From NCBI GenBank assembly GCA_038870635.1, contig JAVZJR010000005.1, forward strand, positions 1-51,733: a stretch of 51,733 nt of DNA. Direction: 5' to 3'. Origin of the DNA: Candidatus Bilamarchaeaceae archaeon (GTDB lineage Archaea > Micrarchaeota > Micrarchaeia > Anstonellales > Bilamarchaeaceae). The notes below the pieces were generated by a model. It was not told the origin of the DNA and did not search any database. It was given only the letters and a program-made list of their open reading frames with translations. The position numbers were made by a program, and so were the translations under genes. How positions within the stretch are numbered: position 1 is the first letter of the stretch; every line of letters begins with the position of its first letter. Positions 1 to 8,163 of this stretch are shown piece after piece.

Positions 1-1
1 G

Positions 2-181
2 AATTCATTACTTGAAGGTGAAATTACAGAAAGTCAACTCTTAGAAATGACAAAAGGTATAAAAGATATAATAGATGATAACTGCGATTCGGTAGTTTTT
101 TATATTTTACAAGATAATAGTTTATTAAAAAGAGAATATATTGGGATTAAGAAGGGTGATCCAGATCAAGTTGTTATATGA
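2..181 (+). CDS. cas2: CRISPR-associated endonuclease Cas2, 3' part (runs in from before the window; not in ORF track)
   Basis: Frame 2 reads NSLLEGEITESQLLEMTKGIKDIIDDNCDSVVFYILQDNSLLKREYIGIKKGDPDQVVI*, matching the Cas2 C-terminal pattern (Q)NSVFEGE...DSV..Y; lies directly before the array leader. Confidence 0.9.
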   Translation, partial: NSLLEGEITESQLLEMTKGIKDIIDDNCDSVVFYILQDNSLLKREYIGIKKGDPDQVVI

Positions 182-283
182 ATGTCGCGAATCAAAGGTA
201 CAAATTGCATTATTACCCATTCGCGATATTTTAAAGGCAAAATTTGGCTTTGTTCCGACGTTGTGTAACATCAAATTTTGCCT
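182..283 (+). promoter_or_regulatory. CRISPR leader
   Basis: Non-coding ~100 bp between cas2 stop and first repeat; the degenerate repeat is at the opposite end of the array. Confidence 0.75.
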
Positions 284-1046
284 GTTAGAATCGAGCCTAT
301 TGTAGGATTGAAACTTGTTTTAACCATTTTAACCATTTTAACCATTTTAAGTTAGAATCGAGCCTATTGTAGGATTGAAACTTTTTGAAGACTCAAAAAG
401 TTTTAAACCTCCCGATGGTTAGAATCGAGCCTATTGTAGGATTGAAACCTCCCAGACTTAAATGAGTAATATATTATTACCACTCGTTAGAATCGAGCCT
501 ATTGTAGGATTGAAACTACCCTAACTGTTGCCACCTCGTAATTTTTTCTTTGTTAGAATCGAGCCTATTGTAGGATTGAAACAAGACATTGTTCTGCACT
601 TTCACGCTTACTTTTTCGGTTAGAATCGAGCCTATTGTAGGATTGAAACTCATAATTTAAAATTTTATAAATATTTGCTTTTGGGTTAGAATCGAGCCTA
701 TTGTAGGATTGAAACCGAACAGCGGGGCGGCGAGGGCTAAGGGGTGCAACTCCGTTAGAATCGAGCCTATTGTAGGATTGAAACGCACATTGTTGCATAC
801 TTTAACACTTACTTTTTCGGTTAGAATCGAGCCTATTGTAGGATTGAAACCCGTCACCTAGGCAGAGCGGGCTGCTGTATCGTGATGTTAGAATCGAGCC
901 TATTGTAGGATTGAAACAAGCTATCCATCCCGTACTCAAGATATGTCTGCGAGTGTTAGAATCGAGCCTATTGTAGGATTGAAATATGGTAAGATTGAGA
1001 ATTGTTGTTTTTTGATTTAGAATTAGACCTATTGTAAATTATTTTT
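284..1046 (+). CRISPR. CRISPR array, repeat GTTAGAATCGAGCCTATTGTAGGATTGAAAC (31 bp) x11, 10 spacers of 35-38 nt, plus a 30-nt spacer and degenerate terminal repeat
   Basis: Repeats start at 284, 351, 418, 486, 552, 619, 685, 754, 820, 887, 955 (last ends GAAAT); degenerate copy TTTAGAATTAGACCTATTGTA from 1016; 3' ATTGAAAC handle typical of Cas6-processed type I-A/I-B/III arrays. Confidence 0.97.
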
Positions 1047-1083
1047 GAGGCTGATATCGGGGCAATACTGAAGAAAAAACTTT

Positions 1084-1644
1084 TCAAATTAAGTCGCTTT
1101 TTGTTATGACGCCTATGATTTTTTCCTTTTTTCTTACTAAAATAAGGTCAACGCTGGTCAGCAATTGTCTTGCAATCTCAACTGGTGCGTCTATGTCTAA
1201 TTCTGGATAAACAGGGCCCATTATTTCTGCTACTTTCATATCTAAAACATTTTCCTTACCTTTTTTTATCTCCTCTCTGCAAACAATCCCCTCGCTTATA
1301 CTACCTACACTTTTTCCATTAGAAAATACGGGCAATTGAGAATAATCATTTTTTCTCATTTTTCTGACAGCAGCTATTACTTTATCATTAGCATTGGCAT
1401 AAACAATTATAGGATTATAGTATTGACTGATTTTTTCTTTAGGTTTATTTTCCACTGCTTCATAAAAGGAAATTAATTTACATACTAAAGAATAACTTGG
1501 ATTTGCATCTTCGTTTTCTATTCTTGCTAAATAAGGTTGTTTTATACCTACTGCAGCTGCGGCTTCTTTTTGAGTTATTTTTAACTTCTCTCTCAATTCT
1601 TTAAGTTCTTTTATTGTTGGCATTTTCAAAACTATTCTTTCCAT
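1084..1644 (-). CDS. Cro/C1-type HTH + tandem CBS domain transcriptional regulator (COG3620-like)
   Basis: LKELREKLKITQKEAAAAVGIKQPYLARIENEDANPS HTH, then CBS motifs YSQLPV...VGSISE and IIGVITKSDLI. Confidence 0.88.
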   Translation of the reverse strand: MERIVLKMPTIKELKELREKLKITQKEAAAAVGIKQPYLARIENEDANPSYSLVCKLISFYEAVENKPKEKISQYYNPIIVYANANDKVIAAVRKMRKNDYSQLPVFSNGKSVGSISEGIVCREEIKKGKENVLDMKVAEIMGPVYPELDIDAPVEIARQLLTSVDLILVRKKEKIIGVITKSDLI

Positions 1645-1731
1645 ATTACCAATAGTAATATTATATACAATAAATTATTAAATATTAGCATAAGCGCAGT
1701 AAATACCGCCCGATATGGGCGGAGGTATAAA

Positions 1732-1929
1732 ATGAAAGAAAAAACAAAAAAAGATAAACCAGAAGATTTTGAAGTTTGTAGAATAGATGGTAAGAAAGGC
1801 CTTTGGCTTTATCTGCCAAAAGAATACTGTGTCTCAAAAAAGATTGTCGAGGGAGATATACTTGAATTGGGTGATGAGAATCCAGAATATGATGAAACAG
1901 TAGATTATGATGAGATTTACGACGATTAG
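1732..1929 (+). CDS. Small AbrB/MazE-like (swapped-hairpin) protein with acidic tail
   Basis: GLWLYLPKEYCVSKKIVEGDILEL resembles the AbrB lPk..lgi..GD.lel pattern; GGAGGT RBS at 1721-1726. Confidence 0.55.
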   Translation: MKEKTKKDKPEDFEVCRIDGKKGLWLYLPKEYCVSKKIVEGDILELGDENPEYDETVDYDEIYDD

Positions 1930-1998
1930 CTTCTTTAATTTTTTTATTTTTTAATTCTACATCTCTTACTGAGTAAGCTTTGCTTCACTTCTCAACTA

Positions 1999-2520
1999 TT
2001 ATGTTTTTTTATTAAACTGATGCTGTTTGGTCGAGGTTAAAAACCTAAAAGCATTTTTTATGTTCAATTTTTTCTCATTGCATTTTTTTACTAGATTCGC
2101 ATAAAGTTTTTTTTCCTTACGATACTGCTGAAGAAGTTTTTTCGATGGACCTAAAAAGTGGAAAAAGAGGAAGGGTAGAAAAGGACAAAGAGAGCGTTTT
2201 CCAAAATCCCCATTCTCGTTATGCGGGTATATCCTACATGCCAATGGTTTAGCTTTATGAATTTTACAGCCTTTCTTACTATCAAAAAAATAACAGGGGT
2301 GGGATTTCAGAGTAAGAAGATAGCTCTCAGTGTACTTTCCATTTTTGCATTCCACAATCTGGTTGTCATCAAATGATAAAATATCAAGACGCCTTAACTC
2401 AGCGAATTCCTCTGGTTTTAAACCTGTTGCTTTGACTATACGTAAGATGTCAAATGAAGTAACCGTTATAACAAAAGAAATGCAACAGTTTCCATTACAT
2501 AATCTGCAAGGAGAAAACAT
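1999..2520 (-). CDS. YkgJ family (CxxCxxCC) Zn/Fe-S cluster protein
   Basis: CRLCNGNCC, PCYFFD..GCKIHKAKPLACRIYP. Confidence 0.88.
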   Translation of the reverse strand: MFSPCRLCNGNCCISFVITVTSFDILRIVKATGLKPEEFAELRRLDILSFDDNQIVECKNGKYTESYLLTLKSHPCYFFDSKKGCKIHKAKPLACRIYPHNENGDFGKRSLCPFLPFLFFHFLGPSKKLLQQYRKEKKLYANLVKKCNEKKLNIKNAFRFLTSTKQHQFNKKT

Positions 2521-2566
2521 CCATTAAATGTGTTCAACATGCATTTATATTTCTTTTTATCGACCT

Positions 2567-3406
2567 ATGTTTATGGTCTTAAGAGTAAAAAGAGAAAAAT
2601 GGTGCCATAAGTACGATTTTGGCCATTTGCTTGTAATAGGTGGAAACTGGAAATATTCAGGTTCGCCTGCTTTTAATGCTCTAGCCGCATTGCGCTCTGG
2701 TGTAGATTTGGTTACTGTTGCTGCACCAGAAAGAGCAGCAAATATTGTTGCAACTTTCTCACCAGATTTAATAACTGTTCCGTTGATTGGAAATTTTCTC
2801 AACACTAATCATTATGATTTAATAGTAGACATAATAAAAAACGAGAAAGTAAACGCAATAGTCATTGGTGGTGGTTTAGGAAGACAAATAGAAACGCTTA
2901 ATGCTATAAAAGACATCCATTCAAAGGTAGATGTTCCTTTTGTTTTTGATGCAGATGCGCTTTACGCTTTGCCCATTGTAGAACTTAAGCCAAAAACAAC
3001 AGATGTGCTCACACCGCATGCTGGAGAATTTAATGCAATCTTCGGCATAAAACCATCCATCAACTTAAAAGAAAGAAAAAAGCAAGTTGAAAATGCTACT
3101 AAAAAAATCAAGTCAGTGATTGTACTCAAAGGATGGGTGGATATTGTTTCTAACGGAAATAACACGAAATTAATAAAAAAAGATAAGAGTTGTGTCTACA
3201 TGACAAAAGGCGGAACAGGAGACGTTTTAGCTGGAATTGTAGGAAGTTTGATCGCCCAAGGAATGCCGTCTTTTGAAGCAGCAGTTATAGCCACAAAGAT
3301 AAATGGAATGGCAGGAGCAAATGTAGGAAAAGAAAAGGGAGCAGGGCTATTAGCTAGCGACCTACTTGATAAAATACCAACCGCATTAAAAAGAATAAAC
3401 CGCTAA
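2567..3406 (+). CDS. nnrD: ADP/ATP-dependent NAD(P)H-hydrate dehydratase (YjeF C-terminal)
   Basis: [51 protein letters not shown]; start moved to ATG 2567 (2573 possible). Confidence 0.92.
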   Translation: MFMVLRVKREKWCHKYDFGHLLVIGGNWKYSGSPAFNALAALRSGVDLVTVAAPERAANIVATFSPDLITVPLIGNFLNTNHYDLIVDIIKNEKVNAIVIGGGLGRQIETLNAIKDIHSKVDVPFVFDADALYALPIVELKPKTTDVLTPHAGEFNAIFGIKPSINLKERKKQVENATKKIKSVIVLKGWVDIVSNGNNTKLIKKDKSCVYMTKGGTGDVLAGIVGSLIAQGMPSFEAAVIATKINGMAGANVGKEKGAGLLASDLLDKIPTALKRINR

Positions 3407-3786
3407 CTGCTTTTCCATAGACCGTGAAGGTTGCAGTATTCACGTGCAAAAGCAACATCTGTTATATCTATTTTAAATATTGCCTCAGGAGCGTCACCAG
3501 GTTTCAAAAATTTGATGCAACTCTTCCCATCTTTTGTTACTATTTCCACCCATTCTATATAATGCACCGGCTCCATTGGATGAGGTACCGATCCAACTTT
3601 TACTTTAACGCCGCCGCGCACTTTTTCTATAACAGGTACATGTTTCTCTGTGCTTGCGTCCACTGTATTTTCTTTTAATAAATCCATGGGCTTATTACAG
3701 CAAACCAAAGTGCCGAAACTGTTGTGAAGTACGGTAACTATGTTACCACAGACACTGCATTTGTAAACCTCTAACTTTTCTGTCAT
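3403..3786 (-). CDS. dfx: Desulfoferrodoxin / superoxide reductase
   Basis: [10 protein letters not shown]...[30 protein letters not shown]. Confidence 0.95.
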   Translation of the reverse strand: MTEKLEVYKCSVCGNIVTVLHNSFGTLVCCNKPMDLLKENTVDASTEKHVPVIEKVRGGVKVKVGSVPHPMEPVHYIEWVEIVTKDGKSCIKFLKPGDAPEAIFKIDITDVAFAREYCNLHGLWKSS

Positions 3787-3803
3787 ATCTACACCCCAAA
3801 AAT

Positions 3804-4232
3804 TTATTTAATATAACAACCAGTAAGGGAAGCCAATTCACTTAACTTTTTCTCTCCAAGATATTTTTTTCCGTTTATTATCCATGTAGGGTAAGCATCT
3901 ATGCCTGCTTTTGTACACTCTTCTGTTTGCCCTCCGTTGGGTGCTTGGCATTCGACATATTTTATATACTTTATACTTTCACCGAATAATTCTTTTTGAT
4001 TTCTACAATGTGGACACCAATACGCACCATATAAAACTGCACCTTTTTCAGTTAAGCATTTTGCAAATTCTTCTATATTAAAAGATTTATTTAGGTTAGC
4101 ATTTTGTTGATTTTCATCCGTTAGACTTGGATTTTGTAGAATACTAGAAGTAGAAATAACTCCAAAAATAAGAACAATTGCTCCTAAAGCTACAACAAAA
4201 TAATAGATATATTTTACATATTCTTCTTTCAT
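3804..4232 (-). CDS. Membrane-anchored thioredoxin-fold oxidoreductase (CPHC)
   Basis: N-terminal TM helix; [25 protein letters not shown] as in Trx-like domains associated with VKOR. Confidence 0.8.
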   Translation of the reverse strand: MKEEYVKYIYYFVVALGAIVLIFGVISTSSILQNPSLTDENQQNANLNKSFNIEEFAKCLTEKGAVLYGAYWCPHCRNQKELFGESIKYIKYVECQAPNGGQTEECTKAGIDAYPTWIINGKKYLGEKKLSELASLTGCYIK

Positions 4233-4310
4233 TATTACACCTAAACAGATTTTTACTAAACCACTATCATATACATATATTTAAATAGTTTTTCTAATAT
4301 TCATCATTTT

Positions 4311-5210
4311 ATGACAACTTATAAAACAAATAGTTTTAAAACCAACATAGAGAAAAAGATTGGTAACAGTCTTTTAATTAAGATACATAAAAAAAACAAA
4401 AGAAACAACTCAGTAATCTTTATGGTCGGGGGAGTATTAAAAGGTGATTTTCCAAAATTGTTTATTGAGGATATAAGAAAAAACAATCGTATTGATGAGT
4501 TACTAGAAAAAACTGACATCGCGCTTCTCACCGCCCCATTAAAAAGAAACTTATTGCATAAGACACTTCCAGATATGAAGGAAATAAAAGAAATTGAAAA
4601 CGAACTTAATGACCATTCTTACACCATATCGCCTTATTCGATGATAGATTGGTTCACCAGCGGTTTGCTCGACCTTATAAGAGAATACTCCTCAATAAAA
4701 ATCGTCGCTCACTCTTTTTCTGGCCTTATAACACCAATTTCTCTTATGAAGTTGTATAAAAAGGATGCAGAAGTACAGAAAAATATAGATAAAATAACTC
4801 TTTTGGGGCCATATATTTTCAACCCCACAATAAATTGGGGTAAATTTGAAACGATTAATAAATTACACAAAATACAAAAGAAATTAGCTTACTTTTATCC
4901 TGCTGTTGATAGAAATTTTAGTAGTGATACAGTAAAACTTCTTACTGAACTTTTTGAGTTAGAAGACAATAACACCGGAAACAGATTAAAAAATGCAGTA
5001 TTGAACATAGTGGTACACCCAAAAGACGAATACATAAACACACATAACAAATTTGAAGCTTTGTATGTCCTCATGAAAAAATTAGGTGTATCAAAAACAA
5101 ATGCTTATTTTAACGAACAAAAATTAAAGTGCAATGGTACTAAACAGGTGCATCACTCCTATCATGAAATGATAACTGACAACAGGTTAGCCAAAAAACT
5201 ACTGCTGTAA
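4311..5210 (+). CDS. Hypothetical protein, divergent alpha/beta-hydrolase-like
   Basis: IVAHSFSG nucleophile-elbow-like motif, ITLLGP strand, HPKDEY (Asp) and VHH (His) in hydrolase order. Confidence 0.5.
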   Translation: MTTYKTNSFKTNIEKKIGNSLLIKIHKKNKRNNSVIFMVGGVLKGDFPKLFIEDIRKNNRIDELLEKTDIALLTAPLKRNLLHKTLPDMKEIKEIENELNDHSYTISPYSMIDWFTSGLLDLIREYSSIKIVAHSFSGLITPISLMKLYKKDAEVQKNIDKITLLGPYIFNPTINWGKFETINKLHKIQKKLAYFYPAVDRNFSSDTVKLLTELFELEDNNTGNRLKNAVLNIVVHPKDEYINTHNKFEALYVLMKKLGVSKTNAYFNEQKLKCNGTKQVHHSYHEMITDNRLAKKLLL

Positions 5211-5274
5211 CAGCAAAGTTTTTATAAAGATTGAATTAAAAATATCCTGCTTTTTTGCAGGTATCCGTGATTTT

Positions 5275-7320
5275 ATGATAAAAGAGGACATATCTTCGCT
5301 AGTGCTTTTATTCACCGATTTCTTTAAACTATATTGTGAGGATGATATAAACCAATTAATCCTTTCTTATCCAGACAAAAAAAGCTTATTAGTTGATTAT
5401 AGGAACCTGGAGAGATTTGACCCAGAACTTGCTGATCGCCTTATCAAGCAACCAGAACAAGTTATAGCTGCTGCTGAAGAAGCTTTAAAAGAAAAAAACC
5501 CATCCTTGCCTACAAAAGTTGAATTTAAACCTCACGTACGTTTTGTTAATCTTCCTTCTGAAGATAAGCTCATAGAACATCTAACATCTTCTAATATAAA
5601 CGAATTTGTAGCTTTTCGCGGCGTTATAACAAAAAGAACAGAAGTAATGCACAAAGTAAAGAAAGCAGTCTATCGTTGTGAACTTTGTGATAATGAAGAA
5701 TCTTTTTTTGTAACAAAAGACTTTAAACCACCTAAAAAATGCTCTAATTGTAAAAAATTATCATTAGTACAAGCTGAAGAAAAAAGCGATTTTGTAGATA
5801 TTCAAAAAGCAGAAATACAAGAGTTATTGGAGCGTGTTCGCGGTGGCGCACCAGCTGCTCATGTAGAGCTTCTTTTAGAAGATGATTTAGTTAATTCATT
5901 TGCTCCTGGTGATAATGTAGAGATATGTGGTATAATGAGAATAAGACAATCCATTAAGTTGAGACAAAAACAAGAGATGGTTTATACAAGGTACATTGAA
6001 GTTAACTCAGTTACAGGTATGAAAAAAGATTTTGAAGAGATAGATATAACAAAAGAAGACGAACAAAAAATAATAGAGCTTTCAAAAAATCCGAGAATTG
6101 TAGAACACATCATAAAATCTATTGCGCCTGGTATATATGGACATGATGAAGTAAAGCAGGCGCTTGCCCTTCAACTATTTGGAGGAACACCAGGAAAATC
6201 AATGAAAGGTGGAGCACCCATTCGTGATGACATCCATATTCTTCTGATTGGTGATCCAGGTATTGCTAAAAGTCGATTCCTTTTAAATGTGAATGATCTT
6301 GCTCCTAAAAGCATCTATGTAAGCGGAAAAACAGTAAGTGGAGCGGGCTTAACAATAGCAGCAGAAAAAGATGAACTGGGTGAAGGCGGCTGGACTTTAA
6401 AAGCAGGTGCAGTTGTTTTGGCCAGTGGAGGTATAGTAGAAATAGACGAATTCGATAAAGTTAGCGATGAAGACCGTGCAGCTTTACATGAAGCAATGGA
6501 AACGCAAACAATATCCGTTGCAAAAGCAGGAATAGTTGCAAAATTCAGATGTAAAACAGCCATTTTAGCAGCAGCGAATCCAAAGTATGGTAGGTTTGAC
6601 CAAACAAAAAATCTTGGCGAACAATTCGACATCCCGCAAACTCTTCTCTCTCGTTTTGACCTGATATTTCCGATAGTAGATGTATTAGATGAAGAAAAAG
6701 ACTCAAAACTAGCAGAGCACATTCTTTCAACCCATAGAGGGGAATTCCAAAGCGATGAACAAATCGGATTAATAGACAAGGAGTTATTAAGAAAATATAT
6801 CGCATACGCTAGACGAAATATAAAGCCAAAACTCATGAAAGAAGCCTCAGATAAGATAAAAGAATTCTATATATCTTTAAGAGCAAAGAGCAAGGATTCT
6901 GGAGCGGTAGCAATTACGCCACGTTATCTTGAGGGTTTAGTAAGGTTAGCAGAAGCGCATGCAAAAATGCGTTTAAGCAAAACAGTTGAAGCAGAAGATG
7001 CAGAAGCAGCAATCTATCTTCTAGACTATGTGATGAAACAGGTAATGATTGATAGAGAAACCGGTTTACTTGATAGTGATATGTTGGCAACCGGCAAACC
7101 GAAGTCAGTTAGAGAGAAATTACAGAAGTATGATACAGTAATGGATATAATAAGAATGCTAAGCAAACAGGAAGAAATTGTTAAAATTACAGATATAATT
7201 GATGAAGCTGAAAAAGCAGGTATAGATAGGATAACTGCGGAGCGAATAATTTTGGAATTAAAGAGAAAAGGGGACATCTACGAGAAAGAACAAGGATACA
7301 TAAAACTTGTTGAGACGTGA
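5275..7320 (+). CDS. mcm: MCM replicative helicase
   Basis: Zn finger CELC..CSNC, Walker A GDPGIAKS, Walker B IDEFDK, AAANP, SRFD arginine finger. Confidence 0.98.
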   Translation: MIKEDISSLVLLFTDFFKLYCEDDINQLILSYPDKKSLLVDYRNLERFDPELADRLIKQPEQVIAAAEEALKEKNPSLPTKVEFKPHVRFVNLPSEDKLIEHLTSSNINEFVAFRGVITKRTEVMHKVKKAVYRCELCDNEESFFVTKDFKPPKKCSNCKKLSLVQAEEKSDFVDIQKAEIQELLERVRGGAPAAHVELLLEDDLVNSFAPGDNVEICGIMRIRQSIKLRQKQEMVYTRYIEVNSVTGMKKDFEEIDITKEDEQKIIELSKNPRIVEHIIKSIAPGIYGHDEVKQALALQLFGGTPGKSMKGGAPIRDDIHILLIGDPGIAKSRFLLNVNDLAPKSIYVSGKTVSGAGLTIAAEKDELGEGGWTLKAGAVVLASGGIVEIDEFDKVSDEDRAALHEAMETQTISVAKAGIVAKFRCKTAILAAANPKYGRFDQTKNLGEQFDIPQTLLSRFDLIFPIVDVLDEEKDSKLAEHILSTHRGEFQSDEQIGLIDKELLRKYIAYARRNIKPKLMKEASDKIKEFYISLRAKSKDSGAVAITPRYLEGLVRLAEAHAKMRLSKTVEAEDAEAAIYLLDYVMKQVMIDRETGLLDSDMLATGKPKSVREKLQKYDTVMDIIRMLSKQEEIVKITDIIDEAEKAGIDRITAERIILELKRKGDIYEKEQGYIKLVET

Positions 7321-7330
7321 GGTTACAAAA

Positions 7331-8158
7331 ATGAATGCCATGTTAAAAATAATTTTAATTTTTTTAATTGCACAACTATTAGGTATATATTGCGGTTATG
7401 TTTTGTTTTTAGACATGACTGCCAATCCTTATGTTTCATCCTTTGTTATCTCAACTAACAGTGAAGATGTACTGAATGTTTTTTGGCTTGGTACTTATAT
7501 AATTATAGGAGCAGCGCTTATGTTTCTTTTTATAAAATTCCGGCCCCACAATATGTTTTTCGTTATTATGGAATTCTTTTTAATATCTGTTGCCTCTTCT
7601 ATAGCGATTTATAGCCTTCTTCGTTTATTTTTTGGCTATGAGATAAGTATGATTTTTGGTATTCTCTTAGCGATGGGTGTTGCTGCTGCTAAAAATTTCT
7701 TTCCGCAGTTAAAAAATCTTGCCGTTGTACTTGCTACCGCAGGCGTAGGTGTAACTTTTGGTGTGTCTTTTTCACCAATAATCGTTATGCTTTTTCTAGT
7801 AGTCGTATCAATTTATGATTACCTTGCCGTATTCATTACAAAACATATGATTGATCTTGCTACTTTTGTGATAAAAAAAGACCTTGCATTTACTGTAACT
7901 GCAAAAGAAATAGTAGAAGGTAAAGAAAGGAGAATTGATATAGGCAGTGGAGATTTCATAATGCCAATAATGTTTGAAGTTTCTGTGATACCACTTGGTT
8001 TCAATGCAGTTCTTTCTGTTTTTATTGGTGCTTTAGTAGCTTGTGCAATTTTTATCTATCTTGCATGGCAAAAAAAGATTATATTGCCTGCGATACCACC
8101 TTTAGTTTTAGGAATGTTCATTGCTTTCTTAGCCTCATTACTAACGGGTTTTATTTAA
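7331..8158 (+). CDS. Presenilin/signal-peptide-peptidase-like GxGD intramembrane aspartyl protease
   Basis: Multi-TM; catalytic YD (SIYDYLAV), GSGD and PAIP (PAL-like) motifs; ATG at 7331. Confidence 0.88.
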   Translation: MNAMLKIILIFLIAQLLGIYCGYVLFLDMTANPYVSSFVISTNSEDVLNVFWLGTYIIIGAALMFLFIKFRPHNMFFVIMEFFLISVASSIAIYSLLRLFFGYEISMIFGILLAMGVAAAKNFFPQLKNLAVVLATAGVGVTFGVSFSPIIVMLFLVVVSIYDYLAVFITKHMIDLATFVIKKDLAFTVTAKEIVEGKERRIDIGSGDFIMPIMFEVSVIPLGFNAVLSVFIGALVACAIFIYLAWQKKIILPAIPPLVLGMFIAFLASLLTGFI

Positions 8159-8163
8159 GCAAT

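Noticed and set aside
315..350. Possible self-targeting by spacer 1 (TTTTAACCATT also near 9481 and 23527)
   Set aside because: Only ~11-nt matches, expected by chance in AT-rich DNA; no full protospacer seen by eye in the window
565..857. Two minus-strand ORFs with repeated peptides (FQSYNRLDSN, FNPTIGSILT)
   Set aside because: They are translations of CRISPR repeats and spacers
5275..7320. Intein in MCM
   Set aside because: Length is normal (681 aa) and motifs are contiguous
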